Of a stretch of DNA of 64,000 nt, positions 42,830 through 52,539 are shown piece after piece. The stretch is from a virus. The notes beneath the pieces were generated by a model. The model had not been told where the DNA came from. It saw only the letters and a program-made list of their open reading frames with translations, and made no database searches. Within the stretch, counting starts at the first letter, position 1. Each line of letters opens with the position of its first letter. The stretch is taken from IMG/VR virus record IMGVR_UViG_3300022916_000011, positions 1-64,000 of that record. One strand, written 5' to 3'. A program made the translations under genes and the position numbers.

Positions 42830-43021
42830 ATGAAACATGAAAATTTTCCAGTTGAAGGTTTTAACTTTATGGATGAAGCTGCTACTGAAGTACAAAAGGA
42901 TATGATTGCAGAACTTTGCAAAGCTAAAGATATACCGATTGATCGACATGGTGTATGGCCAGACCCTTTTTCAAAATGGGATGCTGCAAATATGATTGAT
43001 AGCTTAAAGGAAGGAGATTAA
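42830..43021 (+). CDS. Small protein, paralog of 38068-38262
   Basis: HENFPVEGFNFMDEAATEVQKDMI...FSKWDAANMIDSL. Confidence 0.65.
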   Translation: MKHENFPVEGFNFMDEAATEVQKDMIAELCKAKDIPIDRHGVWPDPFSKWDAANMIDSLKEGD

Positions 43022-43023
43022 AA

Positions 43024-43971
43024 GTGAAAAAATTATTAGTTACTGGAGCTGGTGGTCTATTAGGAAAAGCAATTTGCACTGTTGCGCAGAATGATTTTGA
43101 TGTAATTTCCTTAAAAAGGGAAGATTGTGATTTGATTAATTTCCAAGATACAAAAGCTATTTTTAATTATGTAAAACCGGATTATGTAATTCATACGGCA
43201 GCCGTAGTTGGAGGTATAGGTTCTAATATGAACCATCCAGGTAAATTTTTCTGTAGTAACATTGCAATTAATACTAATATTTTGGAATGTGCCAGATTAG
43301 TGAATGTGAAAAAACTTATATCATTTTTATCAACGTGTGTCTTCCCCGATAATGCACCTTACCCATTGAGCGTAGAGAACATCCATGATGGTCCACCGCA
43401 CCCTTCTAATGCGGCTTATGCTCATGCTAAACGAATGCTTGATGTACAGAGTAGAGCTTATAGAACAGAATACGGGTGTGATTTTATTACACTAGTACCT
43501 ACTAATTTATACGGTTTTCATGATAATTGGGATATTGAGAATGGTCATGTTATTCCATCCTTAATTCATAAAGCATTTATTGCAAAGAAAGAGGAGAAAC
43601 CTCTTATTGTATGGGGCAGTGGAAAACCTTTACGAGAATTTATTTTTGTTGACGATATGGCAAATATTTCTCTTAGGTGTTTTAGTGAATACATTTCTGC
43701 TGATCCTTTGATAATATCTACAAGTGAAGAAGTATCTGTAGGAAAAGTAGCAGAAAAGATAGCTAAAAGAGTTGGTGTGAAATGCATTTTTGATACCGAT
43801 AAACCTGATGGTCAGATGAGGAAACCTTCTGATAATTCTGTTTTCAAAGAAATATTTCCTGACTTTGTTTTTACTTCTCTAAAGCAGGGTTTAGGACATA
43901 CAATAAATGAGTTCGAATATCATTGGATTAACAAATTACCAATGAGAGGAGTGTCCTATGATAACAAATGA
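43024..43971 (+). CDS. fcl: GDP-L-fucose synthase-like epimerase/reductase
   Basis: AAVVGGI, LSTCVFP, YAHAKR, PTNLYG, HVIPSL, WGSGKPLREF, KPDGQMRK. Confidence 0.85.
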   Translation: MKKLLVTGAGGLLGKAICTVAQNDFDVISLKREDCDLINFQDTKAIFNYVKPDYVIHTAAVVGGIGSNMNHPGKFFCSNIAINTNILECARLVNVKKLISFLSTCVFPDNAPYPLSVENIHDGPPHPSNAAYAHAKRMLDVQSRAYRTEYGCDFITLVPTNLYGFHDNWDIENGHVIPSLIHKAFIAKKEEKPLIVWGSGKPLREFIFVDDMANISLRCFSEYISADPLIISTSEEVSVGKVAEKIAKRVGVKCIFDTDKPDGQMRKPSDNSVFKEIFPDFVFTSLKQGLGHTINEFEYHWINKLPMRGVSYDNK

Positions 43972-44839
43972 GATATGCCGATTTGTGGATAATTATGTGA
44001 AGAATATTTATTGGAAAGATGGAATAGGAGATTATAGAACTAATCCATATTACCCTTTAGATAAAGAGAAAAGAGATAAATGGATTTTGTTTATATTGAA
44101 AGAACTAGCGAACCCTTTGGAACAGACAGGTAAACATAGAAAGCAGCAGTGGGAAGATGGTTGGCAGGAGTCTTTAGACTTGAAAGAGTACATTCCAGGT
44201 TATTTTGGTAAATACCCTATTATGAGATTCAACGGTGAATTTGTACGTTCCAATCATTTAGATAATGATTTAGAGTATCATTTCTTTGCTGGTTTGCAGG
44301 AGTATTTGTTTGGTGCGCTTTTGCAACATGTAGAAAATGTATATGAGTTTGGTTGTGGTACAGGACATAATTTAGTACGAATGCGAGCCGTTAATAAAAA
44401 AGCTAAATTATATGGGTTAGATTGGACTCAGTCCGGTGTTCAGAGTGTGAACAATTTGGAACCTATGCTGCACAATGTTGAGGGTGTGTTATTTGATATG
44501 TTTCTTCCTGACCTTAATTTCTCTTTGAAACCGAATAGTGCTGTTGTAACTGTAGCGTCTTTAGAACAGTTGGGAACAGGGTTTGAAAAATTTGTACATT
44601 ATGTAGTAGAGCAGAAGCCTGATATTGTAGTTCACATAGAACCTTTTCAGGATCTGTTAAATCCAGATAATTTGTTAGATTATCTGTCTTTGCAATATAT
44701 GAAGAAAAGGAACTACATAGATGGGTATGTGCAATATTTGCAATCGTCTGGTAAGGCGGAGATTATAATGTATGAAAGATCCTATATTGGCTCTTTATTT
44801 GTTGATGGATATACAATTTTGGTGTGGCAACCTTCATAA
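43958..44839 (+). CDS. Class I SAM methyltransferase
   Basis: YEFGCGTGHNL, GLDW, SLEQ. Confidence 0.8.
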   Translation: MITNEICRFVDNYVKNIYWKDGIGDYRTNPYYPLDKEKRDKWILFILKELANPLEQTGKHRKQQWEDGWQESLDLKEYIPGYFGKYPIMRFNGEFVRSNHLDNDLEYHFFAGLQEYLFGALLQHVENVYEFGCGTGHNLVRMRAVNKKAKLYGLDWTQSGVQSVNNLEPMLHNVEGVLFDMFLPDLNFSLKPNSAVVTVASLEQLGTGFEKFVHYVVEQKPDIVVHIEPFQDLLNPDNLLDYLSLQYMKKRNYIDGYVQYLQSSGKAEIIMYERSYIGSLFVDGYTILVWQPS

Positions 44840-44841
44840 GA

Positions 44842-44873
44842 AATAAGGGGGTAGGATTTTCTACCCCCTTATT
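44842..44873. terminator. Bidirectional hairpin terminator between convergent operons
   Basis: AATAAGGGGGTAG-loop-CTACCCCCTTATT perfect inverted repeat. Confidence 0.8.
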
Positions 44874-44876
44874 ATC

Positions 44877-46562
44877 CTATCTGTCTGTATCTTCACCTCT
44901 ACCATCCTTACCGTCAAGTTGTCGGGAAGAACCTTTTACATTATCAGTAATACCTTTAGCAGAAGGATCAGCATCAGATTTGCCAGGATCTCTATCTCTG
45001 TCTCTAGCATTATTTTGTCTAATATCTTTTGTGGATCTATTTTCAGTTTGATCGTTTGCTTTTAAAATATCTTCTTCTGTTAATTTATCAATGGCATTGC
45101 GAATATCTACCATTAAGGCGTCAGGTAAATCCGGTAATGCTCTTTTAGCTACTGTTTTCATTAATTCTTTTTTGAAGGTAAGTTCAGGGATTATACGATC
45201 AGCCATAATAGCATTTTCAAGACTTTGACTGAGATCATCAATGCTGAAGTCAGTGGACCTTGTAATTTCCACCTTATTAAAATCTTTCTCTTTATTTTGC
45301 CATTTCAACCAATATTTAATAATACCTAGTTCTGTCTCTGTGAGATTAGAGCTTTTCTTACCTAGTACAAGACCTAGTTGTTGAAATTCATAGCGCATTG
45401 CTACCCCTGATCTAGCAGCACTACCACTAGTTCTTTGGGCATTAAGACCAGACAGATGAGCCAATTGAAATGTTTCTTCTACCTTTTTGTCTACCCAATT
45501 TAGAATAGCATCTATAGGTTCATTTACTTCTGCATTTAGCCAATCTGGTTTTCCTGCTTCACCTAGAGATGGATCAAATTCAAGAATAGCCGTAACTCCA
45601 GCTTCATTATTAATCTCTTCACCTTCTCTAGCCATAGGACGTCTTGCTTGAGGGAAACCAGCAAATTTGATAACTTCTTCTCCATAAGAAACATTTCGAA
45701 TAATACTAGCCGTAATTCTTGATATTTCTTTAATATCAGATTCACCAATGTAAGGATCTTCAATATTCTTGATATTTTGAAACCACAGGAAAGGTATTTC
45801 ATTTAATGGATTAGGTCCTTCTGAAACCATAATTGGATCTTCTGTGGAGGTTAATGCACTTACAATTTTACCTGGATGTTGTGCATATTTATTATCTCCA
45901 GGTTTAGGTTCATAATCTGAAGTATCTGTATGTTTATGAATCCTCATAGTGGTTCCACCAGAAGTTTCAGGAATAGTCCATATTTCCCATTTATCTGGCC
46001 ACCAAAGTAAATACCTATTATCGTAATCAAACAATTTGAGATAGGTCAGTTGAGGTCTATTAGTGCGTTCATCCCTTTCATGTTCCCAATCTAATATATT
46101 AGGTAATGTAAAAGTAGAGCAATAAGGATAAATGCCATCAGCTACATCTTCTTTGAGGATTTGATTTGTACTTGTAGGTTTGTCAACTAAGATTCCTACT
46201 GCACCGTATATACCTGCTAATTTTTGAGATTCATTCAAATACACATCAAAATTGGTTCCATATAGATCAGCATCTTTGGTAAATAACTTCCACAATTTAT
46301 CATCTACTAAAGGACCTAATTCTCTCAAAGCAGGCTTTTCTGTAAGGTAGAAATTAAATAGATCAATAACGATACTGGAGTAATTGAAACAGGTTCCTTC
46401 ATCTTGTCTAGATTTCCAATTTTTTTGGGATTCTCTCATATGTTTTTGTAATGCAAAATTTATAAAACGAGTACCTCCAGAATAAGCTAGGCCCCAAAAT
46501 GTCCAATCGCTTATCATATCTGCATAAGTGTCGTGGGTTTCTAATAGTTGTTCTACATCCAT
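44877..46562 (-). CDS. Portal protein
   Basis: Follows TerL; NPLNEIPF, SGVAMRYEF motifs of SPP1-gp6-like portals. Confidence 0.85.
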   Translation of the reverse strand: MDVEQLLETHDTYADMISDWTFWGLAYSGGTRFINFALQKHMRESQKNWKSRQDEGTCFNYSSIVIDLFNFYLTEKPALRELGPLVDDKLWKLFTKDADLYGTNFDVYLNESQKLAGIYGAVGILVDKPTSTNQILKEDVADGIYPYCSTFTLPNILDWEHERDERTNRPQLTYLKLFDYDNRYLLWWPDKWEIWTIPETSGGTTMRIHKHTDTSDYEPKPGDNKYAQHPGKIVSALTSTEDPIMVSEGPNPLNEIPFLWFQNIKNIEDPYIGESDIKEISRITASIIRNVSYGEEVIKFAGFPQARRPMAREGEEINNEAGVTAILEFDPSLGEAGKPDWLNAEVNEPIDAILNWVDKKVEETFQLAHLSGLNAQRTSGSAARSGVAMRYEFQQLGLVLGKKSSNLTETELGIIKYWLKWQNKEKDFNKVEITRSTDFSIDDLSQSLENAIMADRIIPELTFKKELMKTVAKRALPDLPDALMVDIRNAIDKLTEEDILKANDQTENRSTKDIRQNNARDRDRDPGKSDADPSAKGITDNVKGSSRQLDGKDGRGEDTDR

Positions 46563-46574
46563 TTTATTTCTCCT

Positions 46575-49121
46575 TTATTTCCAATAAAGTTTTGATGGTG
46601 GCCTTCTTACGTATCTCGGTTTATTCACCCATTGTAAAAATTGACTTGTTGAGTCTACCATATCGTCATGTTCAGTAGAAGGGAAATTTGTTATTTGATA
46701 TTCATAATCAGATAACCAATGGGCTTCTTCTGGAAGAAATACCTTTCCAGCTTCAAATAAAGTTGTTACTGCGTCAAAGCGTAATATTTTGTTCACATTG
46801 TTGGTACTGATGGGGATAATGGGAATTCTAGTTTCCATTTTTATATCTTGAATTAAAGATTGCCCACTAGCTCTATCTTCAACCAATACCCCTGTGGCTT
46901 TGTGAACTTCGTATAGTTGTAAAAATCTTTTTTTAAGTTCTGGAAATTCCATTCTTTTGTTTATTACATCTAATAGGTAATATCCATTTTCACCTATACC
47001 CCACACTGTGGCAGCAGATGGGTCACTTATTTCTGAATCTTTAAATGCCGTATCCCAACTTATAATGATTCTATTTAGTTTTGGTAAAATTGAATATCTT
47101 TTTAACCAGGCATGTTTTACCATACCCCCTTCTCTACTTACTGGATGCTGTTGGTACTGAGCATTCCATTCGTAAGAACCAATAATTTTTTCTATAGCAT
47201 TTAAAGATGACTGAGGATAAGCTTCTGGCCATAGAGCATCCCCAACTTCTCTACCGAGAATATCATTCTCTTCTGCAATAGCTTTGAGATCAAGAATTGT
47301 CCAATCTTCTTGTGGATGTTCCTTTAGTACATAACCGCTAAGATCATTTTCATGCCATCTAGTATTAATCATAATAATTCTATTATCAGGCATCAATCTA
47401 GTATAAGCAACTGCTCTGTACCATTCGTGGAGGTCTTTTCGAATTGTTTGGGATTCTATTTCTTTTCTGGATTTGATAGGATCATCTATAATAAAGCAGT
47501 TGTGGGTTAAAATGAGATAGTTATCGTTAGTTATCGTTCTTTTATTGTGTACTGCATGTGCAAAGAAGTTACTTGTTCCCTCAACTTGGATGTCATAGAC
47601 TGGGATCGGATCTGTGCTAATTCTTTCAATTTGGGAAATGGTGTCCTCTTTGATTTGTGATGAATTATATGACAACTGAGACATAGTGTTATTAGATTTT
47701 CTGGTGCATTGTTGGTCTTGTCCCCATCTATGTGATGTAGTAAGAGAGTTTCCCTCTTTGTTTTGTTCCCTGTATTGCCATCTACCGTCGATACTTTCCC
47801 CATTTGAATATTGCATACAGCGCATTGATTGTTGTCCCTCTCTAGTATTAAAGGGCGCATTTTGCGTGATATGATGTTGTATTCTTTCCCATGCCGATAA
47901 TTGGAATTCTGTGTTCCAAGCATTTTCTGAGAATGTGTTTGATTGGCACATTCTCGGGAGCAATGCTGCGTTAAGTAGCTTAATGGGGAAAATGTTTTCC
48001 CACATTGAGGACATATTATTTTTGGCATTTTCCTTCGCTCTCTGGACTCTTTTCTGCATTTGTTGGAACAGAATTTTCGTATAGGCGTTTCTGTTGTTTT
48101 TCCGCAGATTACACATTTTCTTTTGTTTTTTACAGCGTGATGTTTTTGGGAACATTCTATTGAACAATACATATCTTTGTGCTTTCTTTTTATTGCTGCA
48201 CGTACTTCGTAATTCTTTTTTACTACTTCTTTTCCGCACCATGCACATGTTATTTTTGTATCGGCTTTTCGAAGCATATGATAGCAGGATCTGCAATGAA
48301 GAGAGCCTATAGTTTTTCTTTTTCCACACTCCGGACATACTTGGGATTTTCTTGTCTGTAATAATTGTGATGGTGTCTCCCTTTTGTATATCTTTCGTTT
48401 TAATGTAACCTTGTCCCTGTATGAAGAATTTGTGCTCTCCAGTTGCTCTAATGTAATTCCCTGAATTTGTGGTGATTTTGTAGAGTTCATTTGTAATTTC
48501 CTTTCTAGCAGCTATTATTTTTTTGTATACTAAAGTGTTACTAGTATGGTCTAAAGATAATATTTTTATTTCTTTGCTAGATAATAACTCTACGAGGGTA
48601 GCAATGTCAACAGTTTTTATTGAAGAATCAATCTTCACATTTAGCATTGTTTCTGCTGGAAGACAATTTGCTCCACGTCCAGTGGCACCACCACCAACAC
48701 TGATGTTAAAGTACTCTCCACCCTGAATAGTAGAGAAATGAGACACAGATTTTGAATCTGAAGAAATAGCACAACCAGGAAATATTTCTCTATGTAAATC
48801 TGAGTCAACTAAATTTCTGACTTTTCGTCCAACATCGTCACCACGTTTCTGATTGTAAGTTGACCATATAATTTGCCAATCTGGATTTCTACCTATGAAC
48901 CAGGCAGGAAACATTTCAGATGCTAATAAAGTTTTACCATGCCTAGGGGGAGAAAAAATTAGTAACCTTCTAATATCTCCTCTCTCTACAGCTTCCAGAT
49001 ACATGGCAATCATTTCATGCATTAACCCAATTTTATATTTTGGGTACATTAAACGTGTGAAGCTTAAAAGTTTAGAGTGCGCAAATTGTTCGTTGGAAGG
49101 ACCTTTTTTAATTGCCATCAT
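46575..49121 (-). CDS. terL: Terminase large subunit with intein (459 aa after splicing)
   Basis: PPRHGKT Walker A, GRGAN|CFIIDDP Walker B, TRWHENDL, SWDTA, HDDMVDS nuclease motifs. Confidence 0.95.
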   Translation of the reverse strand: MMAIKKGPSNEQFAHSKLLSFTRLMYPKYKIGLMHEMIAMYLEAVERGDIRRLLIFSPPRHGKTLLASEMFPAWFIGRNPDWQIIWSTYNQKRGDDVGRKVRNLVDSDLHREIFPGCAISSDSKSVSHFSTIQGGEYFNISVGGGATGRGANCLPAETMLNVKIDSSIKTVDIATLVELLSSKEIKILSLDHTSNTLVYKKIIAARKEITNELYKITTNSGNYIRATGEHKFFIQGQGYIKTKDIQKGDTITIITDKKIPSMSGVWKKKNYRLSSLQILLSYASKSRYKNNMCMVRKRSSKKELRSTCSNKKKAQRYVLFNRMFPKTSRCKKQKKMCNLRKNNRNAYTKILFQQMQKRVQRAKENAKNNMSSMWENIFPIKLLNAALLPRMCQSNTFSENAWNTEFQLSAWERIQHHITQNAPFNTREGQQSMRCMQYSNGESIDGRWQYREQNKEGNSLTTSHRWGQDQQCTRKSNNTMSQLSYNSSQIKEDTISQIERISTDPIPVYDIQVEGTSNFFAHAVHNKRTITNDNYLILTHNCFIIDDPIKSRKEIESQTIRKDLHEWYRAVAYTRLMPDNRIIMINTRWHENDLSGYVLKEHPQEDWTILDLKAIAEENDILGREVGDALWPEAYPQSSLNAIEKIIGSYEWNAQYQQHPVSREGGMVKHAWLKRYSILPKLNRIIISWDTAFKDSEISDPSAATVWGIGENGYYLLDVINKRMEFPELKKRFLQLYEVHKATGVLVEDRASGQSLIQDIKMETRIPIIPISTNNVNKILRFDAVTTLFEAGKVFLPEEAHWLSDYEYQITNFPSTEHDDMVDSTSQFLQWVNKPRYVRRPPSKLYWK
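47499..48665 (-). mobile_element. Intein (389 aa) inserted immediately before TerL Walker B
   Basis: Block A CLPAET, block B TGEHKF, block F VYDIQVEGTSNFFA, terminal THN followed by Cys +1. Confidence 0.92.
47531..48490 (-). CDS. Zinc-finger-repeat HNH endonuclease overprinted in the +1 frame inside the intein
   Basis: Repeated CxxCGK...(Y/F)CSxxC fingers, ILERDNNQCAVC, HHIDGDKTNNAPENLITLCLSCH; AAAGGA SD 8 nt before ATG 48490. Confidence 0.85.
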   Translation of the reverse strand: MNSTKSPQIQGITLEQLESTNSSYRDKVTLKRKIYKRETPSQLLQTRKSQVCPECGKRKTIGSLHCRSCYHMLRKADTKITCAWCGKEVVKKNYEVRAAIKRKHKDMYCSIECSQKHHAVKNKRKCVICGKTTETPIRKFCSNKCRKESRERRKMPKIICPQCGKTFSPLSYLTQHCSRECANQTHSQKMLGTQNSNYRHGKEYNIISRKMRPLILERDNNQCAVCNIQMGKVSTVDGNTGNKTKRETLLLHHIDGDKTNNAPENLITLCLSCHIIHHKSKRTPFPKLKELAQIRSQSMTSKLREQVTSLHMQYTIKER

Positions 49122-49926
49122 CTCCCTTTCGTCCTACCAATTCACCTTCAAGAATGTCATCTCCACCACCTAATTTTTCAGCTAATAATTTGCCACCTGG
49201 AGTATTCATTAATTTTGAAGGTGTGATTTGTGCAGCTTCTATGATGGCGTCTGTCTCCTCTTTTGAATGGACAACATCTATTCTTCCTCTGATCATATTT
49301 TTATTTTCATTGTAAGTATCTGGAAGTAAACATCTGGCAGCAAAAATGATTGCTGCTGTGTCCCCCGATGCCACTTTTGCTAATAGACTGGATTCTACTA
49401 AGTCCTTTTTCTCCTCATCAACAGATAACATTTCATCTTTGAACGACTCATCTATCTCCATCCATTTTACAACTTTACCCCTAGATATACCGACTTCATT
49501 ACATGCTTCTGTCAAGTTGAAACTGGAATATCTGTAAGCTTCTTTTAGAGCATCTTTCAGAACCCTTTCATCTTCGTTGTTAGTTATGATAACCTTTTTG
49601 TCTATTTCCTTTTCCTCAGTTACCATTGTTGGTTTGTAGAATGCGGCAGGATCTTTCTGTTTTCTTATATTGTAATATTGCTCTTTGAACATGGGATCAT
49701 CTTCAGCCCATGTGTAAATAGTATTTTGAGATTTGACTCCGGCTTTCTTCAAGGCTTTAGAAATGGTCATTCCCTTACTTTTGTAGTGATATAGGAAATT
49801 TCTTTTCTTAGTCCTTATCTCTATTATATCTTCTTCAGATAATTCTTTTTTAGGTTTAATGCGTTTTTTAAGCCGTTTTCTATTGGAAAATGCTTTATCA
49901 TTTGTATCAATTCTTTTAGTTCCCAT
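49108..49926 (-). CDS. Terminase small subunit-like HTH protein
   Basis: Two HTH-like repeats, C-terminal GDTAAIIFAAR; overlaps the TerL start. Confidence 0.7.
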   Translation of the reverse strand: MGTKRIDTNDKAFSNRKRLKKRIKPKKELSEEDIIEIRTKKRNFLYHYKSKGMTISKALKKAGVKSQNTIYTWAEDDPMFKEQYYNIRKQKDPAAFYKPTMVTEEKEIDKKVIITNNEDERVLKDALKEAYRYSSFNLTEACNEVGISRGKVVKWMEIDESFKDEMLSVDEEKKDLVESSLLAKVASGDTAAIIFAARCLLPDTYNENKNMIRGRIDVVHSKEETDAIIEAAQITPSKLMNTPGGKLLAEKLGGGDDILEGELVGRKGDDGN

Positions 49927-49956
49927 AAAAAAATCCCCCGTTAATACATTTTTTTC

Positions 49957-50058
49957 TTGACAACCGCTTTTAAGTTCCCTTAGTATGGTACAGGCTATAA
50001 TAATTTGGAATCATTTGTCAAGAAAAACTTGACAAGCAGGGAAATTAAGTGTTACCCT
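49957..50058. promoter_or_regulatory. Divergent promoter region between packaging and head operons
   Basis: TTGACA at 49957 (+) and 50029 (+), TGTCAA at 50016 (-); palindrome TTGTCAAG-AAAAA-CTTGACAA. Confidence 0.6.
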
Positions 50059-50223
50059 TTAAATAAGGAAATTAGAAGGTCCTCGAGCCTCTGTTTGATA
50101 ATCGAAATTTGCTATTATTAACTTTTTACTTTCAACTAAAGAAAATGGAATTTTTCTTTAGTACGGTTATTGGAACCTGGAAAGGTAATTTGAACTGTCT
50201 GGAAAGACAAAGGAGATCGTATC

Positions 50224-51072
50224 ATGGCATTACAGTATAAGTTGGCCCAAGAGGGTAAGTTTATTGAGTTGAGTGAAGAGGGACATCCTCTGGTATTTGA
50301 TGATCAAGATGAGGATGAGAAAACATTTCCACTGGATGGTATTCACCTTTATTCTAAAGTGCCTACACTTCAAGCGGAAGCTAAGAAGTATAGGGAAGAT
50401 AAGGACAAACTTCAACAGAAAATGGGTCTTTTGGGAGATCACGAACCAGAAGAACTTTCTATTAAGTTAAAGACTTTAGAAGATTTCGGGGATATCACAC
50501 CAAAAGAGGCAAAAGAAGCTAGGGACCTACTTAAAAATCTTGAAGATGTGGATGAAAAAAATGCGGTTCAGATTGAAAAGGTGAAAGCTGGAGTAGCAGA
50601 ATCGTATGAAGGAAAGATCAAAGATATTGACACTCAACATCAACACCAAATTTCATCTCTTGAAACCAATATACAGAGAAAGGACGGAGCCATTAGGAAC
50701 CTGATCATCAAAGGTGCTTTCGACCGAAACGAGTTTATTAAGGATAGAACTGTGCTGACGCCTGATATTGCTTATGACAGTTTCGGGAAGTATTTCGTTG
50801 TTGAGGATGGGGAGAATGGTATATCTGTCTATGCTGTGGATCGGTCTGGTGAGAAAATTTTTAGTAAGGCTAAGCCTGGTGAGTATGCATCACCTGATGA
50901 AGCCATCGAATTGATCATCAATGATTACCCGCAAAAAGACAATATTATGAGGACTACTTCAGGTGGCTCAAACTCTGGTGGTAACGCCAGTGGAGGATCA
51001 GCTAAACGTCAGAGAATGGCAGAGTTGACTTCGATGCCGGCTGGGGAACGCCTTAAAGCTCTTAGACGATAA
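50224..51072 (+). CDS. Capsid scaffolding protein
   Basis: Coiled-coil, EAKKYRE, C-terminal SGG-rich tail; immediately upstream of the capsid gene. Confidence 0.75.
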   Translation: MALQYKLAQEGKFIELSEEGHPLVFDDQDEDEKTFPLDGIHLYSKVPTLQAEAKKYREDKDKLQQKMGLLGDHEPEELSIKLKTLEDFGDITPKEAKEARDLLKNLEDVDEKNAVQIEKVKAGVAESYEGKIKDIDTQHQHQISSLETNIQRKDGAIRNLIIKGAFDRNEFIKDRTVLTPDIAYDSFGKYFVVEDGENGISVYAVDRSGEKIFSKAKPGEYASPDEAIELIINDYPQKDNIMRTTSGGSNSGGNASGGSAKRQRMAELTSMPAGERLKALRR

Positions 51073-51095
51073 AATTTTAGCAGGAGGATTTAAAA

Positions 51096-52028
51096 ATGGC
51101 ATTAACACTCGTTGAAGCGGCAAAGATCGCTATGGGTCGGGATGAAGCTCTGAAAGCTACTGTTATGGAACTGTATGCTAGAGGTTCCGATATTTTGCAG
51201 TTTCTGCCCTTTGAAAATATTACTGGTAATGCTCTCACCTTTAACCGTGAGAAAAATTTACCCACTGCCGGGTTTAGAGGAGTGAATGAAGCTTACTCTG
51301 AGGGAACCGGAGAATTCGATAAGATTACTGAATCTCTGGCAATCGCCGGTGGTGATTTGGACGTTGATGTTATGCTGGTGAAAACTGGTAATTCCGATCA
51401 GCGTGGAGCGCAGGAAGCTTTGAAAATTAAAGCCCTGTCGCTTGCTATGACTAAATCTATTCTTAAAGGTGATTCTGAAACTACACCTAAAGAATTTGAT
51501 GGTCTCCAGGTTCGTCTTACTGGTGATCAGGTTGTTGATGATGGTGCAACTGGTGGTGGTGATGTCCTTAGTTTGGTTAAGCTTGATGAGCTTATTGATG
51601 CTGTGGATGAACCGACTCACCTTTTGATGAACAAAACTATGCGTAGGCGGCTTACTGCTGCTGCAAGACTTACCACCGTTGGTGGCTATATTACTTATGA
51701 TGTAGATGCTTTTGGTCGTAGAATTACCAAGTACAATGATCTGCCGATTCTGATTGCTGATAAGGATAATGATTACAACGATATTATGCCTTTCACCGAA
51801 GCGGCTGATAGTGGTACTTCTCAGTGTACTTCCATTTACTGTGTCTCATTTGCAGAAAATGGTGTTATGGGCTTGCAGAATGGTGTTATGGATGTTAGGG
51901 ATCTTGGTGAGATTGATACCAAACCTGTGTTCCGTACTAGGATTGAATGGTATATTTCTCTTGCCGTTCTGCGTCCCAAAGCTGCTGCCCGTTTACGCTA
52001 CATTAAGGATGGTGCCGTTGCTGCGTAA
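51096..52028 (+). CDS. Major capsid protein (HK97 fold)
   Basis: MALTLVEAAK, LPF, FRGVNE, EFDGL, RTRIEWY, AAARL. Confidence 0.9.
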   Translation: MALTLVEAAKIAMGRDEALKATVMELYARGSDILQFLPFENITGNALTFNREKNLPTAGFRGVNEAYSEGTGEFDKITESLAIAGGDLDVDVMLVKTGNSDQRGAQEALKIKALSLAMTKSILKGDSETTPKEFDGLQVRLTGDQVVDDGATGGGDVLSLVKLDELIDAVDEPTHLLMNKTMRRRLTAAARLTTVGGYITYDVDAFGRRITKYNDLPILIADKDNDYNDIMPFTEAADSGTSQCTSIYCVSFAENGVMGLQNGVMDVRDLGEIDTKPVFRTRIEWYISLAVLRPKAAARLRYIKDGAVAA

Positions 52029-52082
52029 TCAAAGGGTTTTTCTTTGATTTTTTGTAAATCTTGAAATAGAGAGGTATTAAAA

Positions 52083-52529
52083 ATGGCAAACAATACTTTT
52101 ACGGTTGATGGAAGAACTAGGTTGGTGGATGACCTTCTGGTTCTTAAAGCCAAAGGTACAGTAGCAACTTCTATGGTAGGTGAAAGTCCCGTTGGTACGG
52201 ACAAAACCTTTGATACTGGTGGTGGACGTACTGCTGGTAATATTGTACTGCTTGTTTATGCAGTGCCTAATATTCTCGCTTCTACCAAAATGACCTTTAG
52301 GCTGCAGGGTGGAAAGAATACTTCTTTCTCCACTCTTACTGATCTTCATATTATTGAGTTGGGTGATTCTACTCAGATTACCAGTGCTGTTGATTTGGGC
52401 GTTGGTAAGTACATTATTCCTTTCAACAATGAGTTTGATGGAACGGTTTATCGCTATCTGCGACATTACCTGACCATTGGTGGTACTTGTGGAACTGGCG
52501 TAAAGTATGAGTATTACCTCACAAAATAA
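52083..52529 (+). CDS. Capsid decoration/cement protein
   Basis: Beta-rich, follows MCP, YRYLR motif. Confidence 0.6.
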   Translation: MANNTFTVDGRTRLVDDLLVLKAKGTVATSMVGESPVGTDKTFDTGGGRTAGNIVLLVYAVPNILASTKMTFRLQGGKNTSFSTLTDLHIIELGDSTQITSAVDLGVGKYIIPFNNEFDGTVYRYLRHYLTIGGTCGTGVKYEYYLTK

Positions 52530-52539
52530 GGAGTAGATA

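Noticed and set aside
46575-49121. TerL pseudogene or group I intron
   Set aside because: The TerL frame is uninterrupted with complete intein splice motifs, so no RNA splicing is needed
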